A stretch of DNA of 64,000 nt from Amphiscolops sp. MND2022 (GCA_964187785.1 OZ076409.1:54872001-54936000), one strand, 5' to 3'. Counted from the stretch's first letter, positions 35,301 to 49,426 are shown. Translations and numbers: made by a program. The notes: generated from the letters alone by a model not told the origin.

Positions 35301-36345
35301 TTGCATCGAGAGTTCTTTACAATGTTCGAGACACAACAGTTATCAAAGCAGGTCGTAGAACTGATTCTTTTATCCGCAAAGACGTGAAAGTAATGACCCA
35401 TTGGTTAAATGCTAACAAATTGACAATCAATGTCGATAAATGTGAAGCGATTCATTTTGGAACGGGCATACCTGATGAAGTTCAGATCAAAGACAACCAT
35501 TTACTTTACAAACCCTGTTGCAAATATTTCGGCGTTTACATTGATGCAACGCTGACTTTCAGAGACTACATAGACCATGTTGTGAAAAAACTAAATAAAG
35601 TCTGCGGTTTAATTTACCACGTAAGGCATCTGTACCCAAAAAAATGTTTCGTAATGTTTTACAACGCGTATGCTAAATCGATCATAACATATGGCTTATT
35701 GATTTACGCAGCCGCGGCCAAAACGAATCTATCTAGAATTGAGAGTGTTCAAAGAAGAATTCTACGAGCTTTTTTCAGAAAACGACAAGATTCCCTGCAA
35801 GTAATACTTGCTGTGAACAAAATCAATACTGTCTACGAGCTTTTTTTTGAAGGAAGTGGTTCCTGAAGTTTTCAAAGAAATGAGATCTGATTCTCCATTG
35901 AAATTACTAGACTTTGAAAAACTGCCCAAGTCCAACACGACAACAAGATGGAACTAAAAAGGAGTTTTCGCTCCAATTGTGTCTCGAACTGTAGTCAAGA
36001 AGAAATGCTTAGCAAATTCATTGATGAAAGCTTATAATTGGTTGACTGAATTGAACCTAATAACCCCTAACTTGCTAAATTTGAGCCAAGAGCAATTGAA
36101 AAAACATCTGGAACTTGTTAACGACCTATACATCACTGACAATAAAGAACTTTTTTGTCTCTACTTTTGTGCCTAAAACATTTATTCGAGCAAGATAGCT
36201 TGCAAGTTGGTGCTTCTATTATATGCAAAAAGGGCACTAGCTCGAAGAGCAATTATGCGCATCTGGTGTCCTAACTGGATAATTTGAATGATAGATATTT
36301 ATTTGTATTATTTTGTCTCATGCTATCCAGTTAAATAAACTTCTA
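32380..36345 (+). mobile_element. Decayed inner LINE (CR1/L2 group): ORF1 ~32443-33336, ORF2 (APE endonuclease + RT) ~33337-36176
   Basis: GGVG, YRP, GDFN endonuclease motifs; NYRPISLL, QFGFR, DLSKAFDTVDH, GVPQGSVLGP RT motifs; AATAAA near 36334. Confidence 0.9.
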
Positions 36346-36349
36346 ACTT

Positions 36350-39300
36350 TGTTGAGAATGTGCACTACCTGCGGTTGTAATATTCTTTACCTTACTGCGA
36401 CTTGGTTTTACAATGGCTTAGAAGACTCTGAAATTTTTTTTAAAATGACTTCGCACACTCGCTGGAACAGATAGAGATTTAAACCAACATGGGGGTATTC
36501 TCGTTGCTGCATTTGACAATTGTGGTTTGACTTTTATTGACTTATCAAATGACGCCTACTACAAACTCAGTCTGTCTTGAATTGCAGTGAATGGTTTGGA
36601 AGCCTTCGTGTTTATGCTGATCTGTAATCCTACAGACGCTTCCCTGTATAAACCCACCGTGACTGAGATTAACTGCTGTCTCACGTTTTATATTGACAAG
36701 TTTAAAAACCTCTCAGAAACCAACAAATGATCCTTCAATGCGGAAAATAATCAGATACTGGGTGATTTGATTTATCCGGAAATGGATCGGGAACAAACGA
36801 CGTCTTAAAAACCTGATAACTTTGAATTCTTGAATTTGCTTGATGAATTGAATGTCTGTCAGTTAGTTGATTGCCCTACTCACAATAGTGGAAACAATCT
36901 AGACTTGATTAAAACAAGTCTGATCGTTTTCGTTCGGTGTTCCAACTCCAACTAGATAGTGTAAACACGAGAACTTCCATTTATTCAATGGCTTGAACAA
37001 ATTTCTTTTCGGTCACTCGTTTTAACGAGAAGTTTAGTTCATTGTACAATTTCATTTCCAGCTGCTGTAACGGCAAGCTCTGGTACAGCAATATCAACCC
37101 ATTTTGCAACTTTGACATGTTCAGAAATTTTGTCAAAAATTCTAATCCGATGTGTGACGTGGCACTGAGCATGTGATTGCTCTTTTCGCTGTTTCCACGA
37201 AATTGGCAGGTACTTCGACAACAAAGAGCAAGAACGAGCAAAAATACGGGCGCGCCGCCATGACAGAAGCCAGAGACGGCAAGAACATCCGAAAATAGAC
37301 TCTTTTTGAGGTGCTAACACCGGTTTTATCGATTTTCAGCATTATGCTACCCTATGTAGCGGAAACCGTAAAAATGAGTCTTTTCGCCTAAAGATCCTTG
37401 TTTGGTGCTTGGAGCCCCTGCGCCCCAGCTTTTTAGCTGTGTGGTTTGCCATATTCGTGCCTGTTTTCATGTATTTTCAGTGATTTTGGCTGTATTCAGT
37501 AGCGCTAGCGCTAGTTTAGATCTTATTCCCCAATTTTAGATCTTATTCACATGTCACCCTGGAACTGGAAATTTACCTTATTCTTGGCATTGTTTTTATA
37601 TGCTAGTTAAGCGGTGGTCTTTAGAGAGTCAGAAAGATGCCCGTTACTATTAGCAATTAAAGACTGGGACCGGTTAGACAGTATTCGTCGAAGCACCCGC
37701 GGCCCCGGGACGTATTTCACCCCTGGAGGCAAAATGGATCTGTGGCGATGGGCGCCTGTCCCGAGCGAATCACCCATTCCTGCAGGTTCCTCCACCTCTG
37801 TTAACGCGTTAAGCGACCGATAACTGCTTGCCGTTACATGCTATGTTGACGATGACTTCTTTTCCCATGGTTGGTACTCCTTTGTCTACTCAGCCTTTTC
37901 AAGTACAGTTTTTTTTCAAGCGGCGCAAAAGAGTCTCTGCTCCCTATTACTACACCTGGTACACTCTAAACTAGATGAATCAACACCAACCCTTTCACGA
38001 AAATTTACTCGATCTTGGTCTTTCGAAAATTGCCTGGAACTATCGAAAATACAAACAGACTTATCGATTTTGATCAGAAACGTCTGGTAGAAAAACTCAT
38101 CCTAAATCACAAAAATGCTTGTATGAACTTTTTGAAAATTCTACGCTCAAAACATGGTCATCGCTCTGGTATGGTCTGGGAGAATAAATCTGCAAGAACG
38201 GAATTAGCGAAAGTGAATTTGTTGAACGATTCTTTTCAGCTCGACCTTTCGACCAAAAGTAATAACTTCAAAAACACCAAAGCAGCTATTCATTTTGGAG
38301 GACATTGCTTAGATGTCCGAACTATCGAGAAGCTACTCTTCAACTTTGATGACTCAACTGCCTTCGGATGCAACTTTTTTTTCCTTCATTCGTTCTTAAG
38401 CATGGTTGTCAAGGCATGGCATCTGCTGTACTTAACCTTTTTGAATCAATTACTGGGACAAAAACATGGCATGTTTTTTTGAAAAAGTGCATTTGTCACT
38501 TCTCTGTTGAAGTACGGCCCAGCAAACTGCGTTAGAAAGTACCGCCTAATTAGGATTCGACCAAAACTTCCTTTAGTTACTGAAAAACCTTTATAGAGCT
38601 TCAAACAACCAATCAAAATTTGGTAATCAGAAAAAAGAGAGCACAACTACTCAAATATTGAATTATGTCGACCTACTCTACTCAATGTCGATAAATCTAC
38701 TAGTTGTACGGTTGTTTATTTTGATATCAAGAAAGCGTTTGATTCAGTACCACATGAATTTTTGTTGACCGAACTGGAAACAATCGGCTCCGATGAAGAT
38801 CTTCTAGATCTTTTCTCCTCCTATTTAACCATGTTTATTCAACCATGTTTATTCCATGTCACGAGAAGTTACTTCTGGTGTCCCACAAGCTAGTGTTATA
38901 GGACCAGTATTATCTCTCATTTATATGAATGGAATTTGCACAACTATCTCAAACTCAGTCTCTTTTGTGTTCAATGATCTCAAAATTTTGTCTATGCTCA
39001 CTCCTCTCAAAATTCAAGAAGACCTTAATTGTCATTGGGCTTACGAAAAAGCTATTCGAGTTGTCCATGTATAATAATACATGTCTAAAATCTGCTGACT
39101 CAAAAAAGATCTTGGGGTAATCATCGATATGCTCACTGACATGGGCCGAACATGTCTTTCAAAAAAGTACTAAGTGTACTAAAACTTTTTATCTTCTACG
39201 TGAAAAAATTCCTTACTGCACCAATAAGTGGACAACACTGAGACTCATTAAAACCCTCATTCTCTCGAACATACTTTACTGTGGTATGCTATCATTACTT

Positions 39301-39680
39301 GTCTCAGAGCCTTGGAACAGTTTCAGTACAACATCTTCCGCTGGGTCAAATCGTTTTCACCATACAATGAACTATTGGGGGAATTTCATCTCCTGCCTAT
39401 TCCCTACTTGCTAGTAAAAAAACTCATTTTGTTGTGGAAGGTGGTAAACGAAAAAATTGATGATGGAGGTGATAATAGTTTTTCAAAACCATGAATCAAA
39501 AACTTTGCCTCTTTCACCTCATTTCAGGTTCCGAATCGAGTGAAGCTCAAATCCAAAGAATGTTTTCATGTCAGAGCCCCACGATTAGCCAACCACCTCA
39601 TCTCTGCTGGAAATAATGACTTCTCATGGCTGCTTCAGGATTTCAAGAAATCATTGCTCAGTTTCTTGAACCAAAAAAGA
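36350..39680 (+). pseudogene. ORF2 remnant of the outer LINE
   Basis: CPTHNSGNNLDL, DIKKAFDSVPH, SGVPQASVIGP; multiple frameshifts. Confidence 0.8.
37153..37838 (+). repeat. Probable solo LTR, distantly related to the 5859/9985 LTR family
   Basis: TGTGACG...CGTTACA ends, 686 bp, shared TTTTAGATCTTATTCAC motif; interrupts the LINE; TSD unclear. Confidence 0.5.
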
Positions 39681-40180
39681 CAGAGAGATGGAGAGAGAAT
39701 TTCGGTTAAAAAAGTCATACTGAGTTCATCCGACAATACTGACAACATGAGACAATAACGAAGAGAACAAAGAATGACGGAAGTACGAAAACCTATTCCA
39801 ACCATTTTAAAAAACGTCAAAACCATGTCTCGCGCGTTACAACGGAGACAAAAATATACTGTCACGAAGGGACCCGGAATAGCGCTATGACAGAAACAGG
39901 GAAGTGGAGACTTAAAACCTATTGCATTTGCCAACTGCTACCTGGAAAGAACTTTTCCGTCAGTGAATTAGAATTGCTAGCGGTGTTCTGAGTTCTGGAA
40001 CGATTCAGATTTCGTTTCTACACCAACAAGTCCAACCGTTCTCCGACCATGAAGCATTCGAACCACTCGTGAAGAAAAACAAAACAATTAAACAATACAG
40101 TGCGCGATAACCATGATGGCTAGTTGGATTGAACCTTTTTTGATTTCGTCATGAAATGCACTGCAGGAAAAAATCAGGTT
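39680..40180 (+). pseudogene. Gypsy RNase H remnant
   Basis: LKPIAFA, ELELLAV and SDH-like segments in broken frames. Confidence 0.55.
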
Positions 40181-40849
40181 TACCGAACATTTGCAACCCT
40201 AGTGAAAATGCGGAACTGGAAATAATATTACGAAAACGTTTAGTAATCAATGGCATCGCGCAGCTTGAAACGGTAAACGACTGTAATAATCAGCTGTCCC
40301 GTATCAACGCTACTAACCTTTTATGGGCTGATAATTACTCCACTAGAGAGGTTTTCCGAGACATATCGGCGTCTTTTGGAGGGAATTTGTTCCTTTTGAG
40401 TGATTTTCACAGACAATGTGGCGCCCCTTGAGGGAAATTTGTTCCACTCGAATTGTTTTCACAGAAAATGCGGCTTCGCCTGAGGTACACGTGTTCCATT
40501 GAGCAATTAACGTTCAGCGAGATTGACCGGTACTAGAGAGGAACACTAACGCTAGTGCGTAATTACTTTTTTTCTTTTTATGGTAGGTTAACTATTCCTT
40601 TTATGGTTCAGTGACTCGCACCTTCCGTATATGGTTGACCAATTACACGAAATCAGTTTAAGTCATTTTCAGTTCATTTTTCATTTCACATTTCTTCAAT
40701 CTAGTTGCTTGCTGTCAGACTAAAACTTGTTACAATTTTCTCTTACAATCTACTTGCTTGCTTTCAAATACAACTTTTTGCTACAGTTTTATTTGCTTCC
40801 TTCCAGATAGAGACTTGTTACATTTTTTTGCTCTCGATCGCAATGCAAC

Positions 40850-43800
40850 GGTTGCCTGCGACAATTGTGGAACTCTAATATCCAAACAAAACGTGGCAGA
40901 ACACAAAAAGTAATGTTCAGTTGTGACCTTATAATGCTCTCAATGCCCCAAATTCTCAACCAAGTCCCAAAATGACTTGAATTACCACATTGCAAAGAAG
41001 CATGGAGCTCCCAAGCCCGCCGTTGTCCACATTTGTATGACTTGCAAAGACAATTTTTTGGTTTTTATGCATTACGTCAGAACAAAAGTCAAACGCCTGG
41101 ATAATATTTTTGAACAAAGGGTGCTTTTTCTCCCCTTCTCGGTGATATCGACGATGACAACCTCAAAGTAGAGCTATTTGCCTGTCGACATTTCCTTGTT
41201 GATTCTCAATTGGAAAAAGGTCATCAGAGAGTTTTCAATTTCGCTTTCAATTCTATTGGTGCTAGTTAATCAACCCAAAGCTGGATTATGTGTTTCAACA
41301 ACTCAATTGTGCTGCTGATATTAATCTTGCTCTTGGATTTGAAAAAACAATAACGAAGACGCTAGCTGTCGTTATTTCTACGCACACGAGAATAACATTC
41401 TGTTGGAGAAGTCTAAATTCCCTAGTACTGGAGACTCACAGTAAAACATTGCTTGCTGGGAAAGATGTTATTGAGACATGTACCCGTGAACGAGTCAACA
41501 TAAAGTGGAAATTCCTTAAACTGACAATTGTGACAATCTTTGCTGCCCTACTCAAAGATATTCCAATGGGGTGTAAAGATGCAGTGCTGCCTGAACATCT
41601 ATCAAAAAATCGGACTGTCATCTGCCTCACATCGAAACACAAGGCAACCTTATAATGATACTTTATGCTTGTTCAGAGCCTTGTGCTTACACTTGCACGG
41701 AAATGATGGGCTAGAAGAGGAGACAAACAAACTGTTTAACCTCTACCTGCAAAAGAAAGACGCAATTGAGCCAGCGTCATTTCAAGTGTTTGCATTGATG
41801 ATATACCAACCGGGAGGAAGTTACTGGGTTCAATATATTCCTTTACCATGTTGACGGTGAGCTGGCTAGGAGGAGCGTACAGAAGCATCCCAATACTGTT
41901 AGGTTGTTACGCTACAACAGTCACAATTGCTATGTAGCAAGCATCCACGCACTGTTTAAAGCTTTCAGTTGCCCGAGGTGTGATTGTTACTTTAATCGAC
42001 CAGGCAATCTTGAACGTCATTTAACCAGTTGCCAAGAGAGAGTGAAATAAGTGTATTCAAATACTGTGTATCCGTTGAAAGAAACACTTTTTGATAAGTT
42101 GGATTCCTACAATACAGCTTACACGGACGGATGAGCTGCAACTGTTTAAGAACGTTGCAATTTTTGATTTCGAATCAGTTTGTGTACGGGAAGATGGCTT
42201 CACAGACACAGAGACGACAAAATGGATTGGGAAACATGTTCCGATGTTTGTATCAATCTCCTCCGACCTACTACAAGATCCCATTTTCATTTGCAACTCC
42301 AACCCGCGTAATCTAGTTTCATCCATTGAGGATGCATTGGATAATATGACAGCTCAGAGCAAAACCCAGATGCGAATGAGTTTCCTTGTGGAAACTGCAA
42401 TGAAGTGTAAGCTCTCACATCTAATGGAATTGTTGAATGAGCGTCGAGGGAGGCGAGAAGCTACATTTACCTTTGAAGATGAGTGTTGTGAAGCAGAGTC
42501 AGAGGGGAAAGAAGAATCTACACAGATCATACATATGCGAAAGAAGCAGTTGATGTAATTGCAGGATCACTGTGAAAAATATGGTGGTGTACTGCCAGTG
42601 TTTGGATTCAACAGCTGGAAATATAACATTAACTTGATCAAGAAGTATCGCTTGCCAATTCTATCGGAGGGCCAAAGACATTGAACCTATTGTGATCAAG
42701 AAGGCGAACCTGTACGTGTCATTCAAGTTTGGTGATGTTCAATTATTGGACGATTTGAACTTTCTTGGAGGCGCACCAAACGTTGACTCATTCCTTAAGG
42801 CATACAGGAAAGACGAGACAAGTGGTTTCTTCCCCTATGAATGGTTTGACGAGGAGGAGAAACTATCACTTTATCATCTTCCACCGTTTGAATTCTTTTA
42901 CAGCAAACTGCGCAATTGTTATTCATTAGAGAACGAGTATCTGGATTACGACAAGCCAGTGCAGACTGGTTTGTCACAAGAGTCTGCTATGCAAAAGTTG
43001 CGCATAACTTGTCGACTGCTTACGGTGGAGCAAAATTATGCGTTTCTCGTTGAATTATGGGAAAGAGAAAAAATGACACTTTTTAAAGATTTCTTGGGCT
43101 GGTACAACAAAAAACATGTCGTGCCCACACTTGAAGCCTGGCAAAAAAATGAATGGTTTTTACCACAAGAAAAAGGATTGATACGCTAAAGTTGGGTTGT
43201 ATTCTACCAAACTTAGCAAACCTTTGTCTACATTGGTCTGTTCGTGCCAAATTCTATTGCTTTACTGAGGCTGACAAGGACATGCGGGTGAAATTAGAGA
43301 GGAAGTGGTTGGTGGTCCACCTATTGTTTTTACACGCAGACCTGTAGTGGACGAGACTTTTACCTGCAAGTCGCAAAATGTGTGCAAGTCCTTTGTGGGC
43401 ATTGACGCTAGTCAACTTTATCCGTTTTCAATTTATCAACCCATGCCTACTAGGCTATACACCCGATACGAATACGACTCTGAGTTGCAACGGTTCAAGC
43501 CTCGTCAGAACAAAACACGCAGTTTCGAAAACATGGTCATGTCTTATTTCCAGCGTATTCGACCCGAATGTTAAATTGAGAGCAACATTACCCCCGGAAC
43601 ACAACAGAAAATTGATTGCTTTAGTGGGGACTGTTTTTGTAGTCCCTGCAATACTGTTTTTGGAGCAATGGGCTGCTATCATGACCACTGTCGATGTCAG
43701 GAAACACGAGCATCTTTGAGCGAGAAAAAATTCGAATGTGGATGCAAACGACAGGAGATGAACGAGATGCGGAGAGCCTACATTAGCAACAAAGACTACA

Positions 43801-45465
43801 AAGTTGTAGAAATGCGGGAATGTGAATGGTGGAAACTGTACAAATCGAATTCCCTCGTCAACAGCATTTGAGAAATTTGTTCCCTTACAAGGTACCCCTT
43901 ACAGAGGAAGGCTTGTTGCAACGGATTAAAGATGGGAATTTGTTTGGCCGTTTACAATGTGACATTGAAGTCCCTGAACATCTGAGCGAAAACTTTGCAA
44001 ACTTTCCTCTCATTTTTAAAAACACTCTTGTCAGCAGAGACGACATTGGACCTTTGATGAAAGAGAATGCTGAAAAAAATCAATACTTGACTCAACCCCG
44101 ACGAATGCTGATTCCAAGTTTCCATATAAAGCGCGGTACTCTCGTTTCACCAATAATTCTCTTTTACCTGCAACAAGGCCTTGTGTGTGCAAAAATTCAT
44201 CACTTTGTGGAGTATACTCCATTGTCTTGCTTCAACAGTTTCGTACAGTCAGCTGTGAATGCAAGACGAGAAGGTGATAAGAACCCTAATTCTACTGTCC
44301 TGTAGTGGAGGAGACTATGAAGCTAATAGCCAACCGCTCTTAAGATTACCAGATAATGGATAGAAGTTATCACACAGTGACAAAGTACCTCAACGATGAA
44401 AAGACCCATTCTGCAATAAACAAAAAAAGTTCCAGCGGTTGAATCACATAAACGAGAATTTATACGAGGTGGAAATGGCCATAGCCGAAGAAGAACACAA
44501 AAAAACCAATTATTGTTGACCAAACTGAAAATGCTAGAACTATATTACAATTTCTTTTACGAGTTTTGTGATCATGACAAAAACGAGGAAGTGAAAATGG
44601 ACACTGATTCGCTATATCTCGCACTCGCTGAAACAAACTTATATGACTGCATTAACGAGGACAAGAAGGAGGTGCTGGAGTTTCTTCGTAGTGAGGACTG
44701 CAATGGCGATTTTGCTGCTGACTAGTGCTGTAATTTTTTCAACGCACATGCTGCGAAAAACACAAGAAACACAAGAGAGAACCGGGTCTTTTCAAGGAGG
44801 AGTTCCGGTGCACAGAAATGTTGTGTCTCTGTAGCAAGACCTTTTGTTGCTATGATGCTAAGTCGAACAAGTATAAGTCAAGCAGCAAAGGTCTCAACAA
44901 ACGAACATTTGAGGACAGCGGTGATGAACCCATACATACCCTTTTTTTATTAACATACAAACTTTTCATCTCAAAGTGTTAAATTAGATCCACGTGTAAC
45001 AATTATGGCAGATAAAATATTCCGCAGGCGGATATAATTTTCCGCAGGCGGATAAAATATTGCGGGGACCAGTGAAATTATTCCCGCGGGCGGTTGCACC
45101 CACCAAAAAAGAAGTTTTACCCAAAGTTTCACTGTGCCGAACAAGTCGCACAGCTCCGGAAATGCTATGATGCTAAGTTTGGCAACAAGTTTGTTGCTAT
45201 GATGCTAAGTCGAACAAGTATAAGTCAAGCAGCAAAGGTCTCAACAAGCGAACATTTGAGGACAGCGGTGATGAACCCATACCCAAGTATCAAATATCAA
45301 AAAGTGTTGACCGAGCAAGAAAATGTTACCAGTACCAACAGAGGCTTCCGCACGAAAGATCACAGCATTGCTACATAAGCGCAGACAAAAAAGGGACTGT
45401 CTTATTTCTACCCCAGCAAAATTGTTGAACAAGATGGTGTTCATACTTTACATTTAAACCTTTAG
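40850..45465 (+). pseudogene. polB: Decayed Polinton/Maverick (adintovirus-like) protein-primed DNA polymerase B with N-terminal C2H2 fingers
   Basis: FDFES exonuclease motif, KFGDVQLLD, FPYEWFD, GGPPIVF...GIDASQLYP, KLIAN, DTDSLY; CSQCPKF...LNYHIAKKH finger; many stops and frameshifts. Confidence 0.85.
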
Positions 45466-46694
45466 TTATTTCGTTAACCAGTACAGTATACATTTGTTGT
45501 AATAAAAATTTTTTTAATTAGCTTTTTTTATTAACATACAAACTTTTCATCTCAAAGTGTTAAATTAGATCCACGTGTAACAATTATGGCAGATAAAATA
45601 TTCCGCAGGCGAATATAATTTTCCGCAGGCGGATAAAATATTGCGGGGACCAGTGACATTATTCCCGCGGGCGGTTGCACCCACCAAAAAAGAAGTTTTA
45701 CCCAAAGTTTCACTGTGCCGAACAAGTCGCACAGCTCCGGAAATGTGCCGAAAAATCCTACACCCAATCCTAATACATTCCTGAAGCTATTCCCTATCTT
45801 TTTACATTGAACACACCTTGATACATTGGAAACAACTCGGCTACATAACCTTTGAGTCAAATCGTCAGCCAATCATATTCGAGCACGACTGGAGTCGGTG
45901 GCACGAGCCAACCGCCAGCACAACTCGAGAAGCGAGTCGAGGCCTGGAAAGACCCTTCTCGGTTCTCAGATCGAGCCGAACGGCTATATAGCACGCAGAC
46001 TATAGAACTGGCTTTCTCACACCGACGAAGTGACAGATTTCATAAGCTTTATAAGCTGAGCTGTTTGAAGAAATTTGAGCTTGTATGTAACGTTTCCAAA
46101 GTTTGGATATAACGTTTTCAAAGTTCGGATGTAACGTTTTCAAAGTCTCCAAAGGGTCCCTTCTAGAATTTTTTGATAGCTCGCAACAGAATGGATTTTA
46201 AAGAACCCCAATTGGGCCCTACTTAGGGTTTTTGTCACTATGCGACTTACCGGATACATTTATTGAAACAAATATGAAAAACTTTCTTCTGAAAGTTTTG
46301 TTTATTGAGAGGTTATCGGTTGAGTAATTTGATATTTTGCAACAGAATGGGTGTTTGAAAAATTCGAAAGCCACGCCAATGCTGTCCAATTTTTGTTTTT
46401 TTTGTGGTACTGTAGAAGAGAATACTCTACACTTTCAAGTCCTTTTGCTATTTCTGAGCCTTAGATTTGGAGCCGACTTCGGCCGTTCCCGACTTGGTTT
46501 GCTTGTTGTACACTTTCGTTTATACATTTGTTGCATTATTGATATAGATGCAGAAGAGTACAGATGAAAGTATGGAACGCATGTCAGTCACTACATCCGG
46601 GCAAACCGCTAGACCAAGTGAAAAGTACTTTTCATTTTCCAGCATCATCTAGAGAATAGTCACAAAAACTTGCATAGTAATGTATCTTCTAGTC

Positions 46695-46765
46695 TTGTCA
46701 GTGTTGGATTCGAACACACGGACCCCTTCTCGCGTAACAAACAATACCACTTAGCCAAGGTGCGG
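46695..46765 (-). repeat. tRNA-derived SINE-like head; similar remnants near 29165-29220 and 63585-63665
   Basis: B-box-like GTTCGAATCC on the minus strand with a degenerate A box; no intact cloverleaf. Confidence 0.4.
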
Positions 46766-47279
46766 TCCAAGCAAAAGGCGTGAATAAAATCTAAAAAAAA
46801 GTAACAGTCAGAGTTTTTTGGTGGTCCCGAGCAAAAACAATTGGTTTCTTCTACTTTTGCAAACAATAACATTCATCTCAGAACGATATTCCAGGGGTAC
46901 TCTTGCTTCCCAGGCAAACATACGCGGAGGCACGCGCTAACTCTTGGCCCAGTGGCAAATACTTTCCGACAATCTATCAACCTAGTAGTTTTAGGCAGAG
47001 TTTTTGAATTCATTATAGATTGCTAGGTAGATGGACAACGCGTAGTGCATTTTGATTTCGCGCAGAAAAATTTTGATTTCGATTCCAGTCCAAGTCGAAT
47101 TTACAACTGATCTAAGTTTGACATCAACTAAAAAAACTTCTGATGTGAAATATGAATTTTCTGATATAAACTTCAGTCAAATTTTTAGACAATTTTGACT
47201 TAGTGCACTTTTTAGTTTTGTTTGAGTTTTTTTCAGACAAAGGTGAGTTGGGCTCAGTTTTTTTATCAATTTCAATTTT

Positions 47280-47430
47280 TTCTTGAAATGGCAAGACTTG
47301 AAATGGCAAGAATTGAAATGGCAAGAATCTTGGATCTTGAATATCTTGCCAAGATCTTCGATTTTCTCTTGACATCTTGAATATCTTGGCAAGATCTTGC
47401 ATTTTGTTCTAACATCTTGAATATCTTGAG
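47280..47430. repeat. Short tandem repeats (TTGAAATGGCAAG x3; ATCTTGAATATCTTG), similar to the subterminal motifs of the 1197-2248 element
   Basis: Direct inspection. Confidence 0.6.
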
Positions 47431-48266
47431 TCCTGTCATGTGTGTTATATAACTACACATCAGCAGAGAGCCTCCACCTCGGAATAAGGACACTGTTCAG
47501 TTTCTGGAAGCGTTGCTTCTTCATTTTAGCTTTAAGTTTGCTCGTTCATAATACAGTATGTATTCAATTTTAGAATTGCAACAGAATGGTGGCATTAATG
47601 TTCTAACGGCATCGAATGATTGCACAGTTAGCAAACATTTTCACCACAGACAAAGTTGAACACAAGATTGAGAGATGTATTATATGCAATATATAATATA
47701 AAATACTGTAAATATATGCATATTTGTTTTCCTCGTTCTAGACACTTTCTTGCAAAGAAACTTCCAGATTTTTTTCTCAAATAAACATGCTAATTTGCTG
47801 AGTGTTTTAAAACCTGCAAAGTATTTTAAAATTTGCAAACATAACTTGCAGAACACAGTCAAAAATTCGAGAGAATCTCTCATTCTAGGGAAACAAACTG
47901 ATTTCTTCAGAAAGAATGCTGAGTAGCTTCTTTTCACTTCGATGGAAAAACATACTCTCTAAAACGTTCAAAAACTGCAGTACATGTACAAAAATAATCT
48001 AAAATTTCAAGTTTTGATTTTTCTGGTCATTTTGCGGCTGTTCAGGCGCTTTTTCAAAAAAGTTCAAATAGCTCCATTTACGTATGCTTCGGATATTACG
48101 GTGGTTGAATTTTGCGGGAGAACATCTTTAGATATAAAAATTATAATATGGCAAAGTGTGGGAAGAAAAACGCGACCGAGTTAGTAGCTTTCTTTTCCCA
48201 AATGAATTTAATGACAAAAATACGTTATCATACTGTGTTGTCAGTGTTATTTAAGAACTCAATGAC

Positions 48267-48705
48267 CTGGCGTGTGAGATTTTTATACCGTGGACCGAGG
48301 CCCGTAGTGCCAAACCGTAACCCGCAAACCGTAGTTGTGAGAAAAGCGAACCGTACACTTTGCAGAAATACGAGCGAATTGTTTTATACATTTAACAGCA
48401 GTGTTTCTATGAAAATTTTGGAGCGAATTCAATTGTTCATTCTCAAATAAAAACGTCTTTAAAAGACGAATTCGTTCAAAATATTTTATTTTTACGCTAT
48501 AATTTGCAGAGGGCGTTCCCTCAAATGCTATTTTGGGGCAAGAAACATGAGTGCTTTGATAACACCATAACAAAGATTTTTGATGAAGAAATTTAAATAC
48601 TTCTGAAGCAAAAGTGTTTTTCAAACTGTACCCTGAAACTGTAAACCGTAGACGATAACCCGTAAACCGTAATTTCAATTCAACCCGTACGGTTCCACAC
48701 CCCAG
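48267..48705. mobile_element. hAT-type MITE, 439 bp
   Basis: TIR CTGGCGTGTG / CACACCCCAG; perfect 8-bp TSD TCAATGAC; subterminal AACCGT repeats. Confidence 0.85.
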
Positions 48706-49173
48706 TCAATGACCCTTTTTGTGAATTGACATTTAAAAACACAGTTCGATTGTCTCTTAGAGAATGCAAGAAACAAGTAGATTCTATGTACGGAAAATTT
48801 TAAGCCGTTAAGAATGGGTTTTCCTAATCAAATTTGTTTGAAAAATTATCGAATGCCTAAATGCCATAGTGCTATTTATCGAAATGCATGGAATCCTCAT
48901 GAAATTGGACCCTGTTGCCTAGTTTTGATGAACTTCAATGAAAATAAAGCGAATATCAAGTCCATGAAAAGGCGAATCATCTTTCAGCAGTCGAAACTGA
49001 CATCATTCACTCTCTACAGCGGTCATGGTTGCAATGATTCATTCGACCTATCGATCAGCTTGAGCAGAGAAGCTTAGTGATTCAATCAAATATCAACCTA
49101 TAGAGACCGGGTACCGGAAACAAATAGCTGTTTATTTGCAATGACACATTGTCACGTGATGAATAATTGAACC

Positions 49174-49426
49174 GGTAGCCGTTCGTATAACCGAACGAGC
49201 TTTAAGGAGAACGAATATAAAGCCGATATCAAATCTGATTGGACAACGAAATTAGCAAACTACCTCATTGAGTTTCATTTCCTCTTACCGATTGTCAAGT
49301 TGCATAATAGTTTCATCATTCAAAGCTCGCTGTCGAACGGAGCGACCAATCACAATTAAGAATTCGATTCGGTTCTGCTATAAATTTGTTCTGCATTATT
49401 GCCGTTCGGCTATACAACCTACCACC
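49174..49426. mobile_element. MITE, 253 bp, Merlin- or MULE-type
   Basis: Perfect 9-bp TSD AATTGAACC; imperfect 24-bp TIRs starting GGT and sharing GTATA.CCGAACG. Confidence 0.75.

Noticed and set aside
46085..46150. 22-bp tandem repeat x3
   Set aside because: Part of a common dispersed repeat (similar to 28470-28505 inverted); no separate function evident
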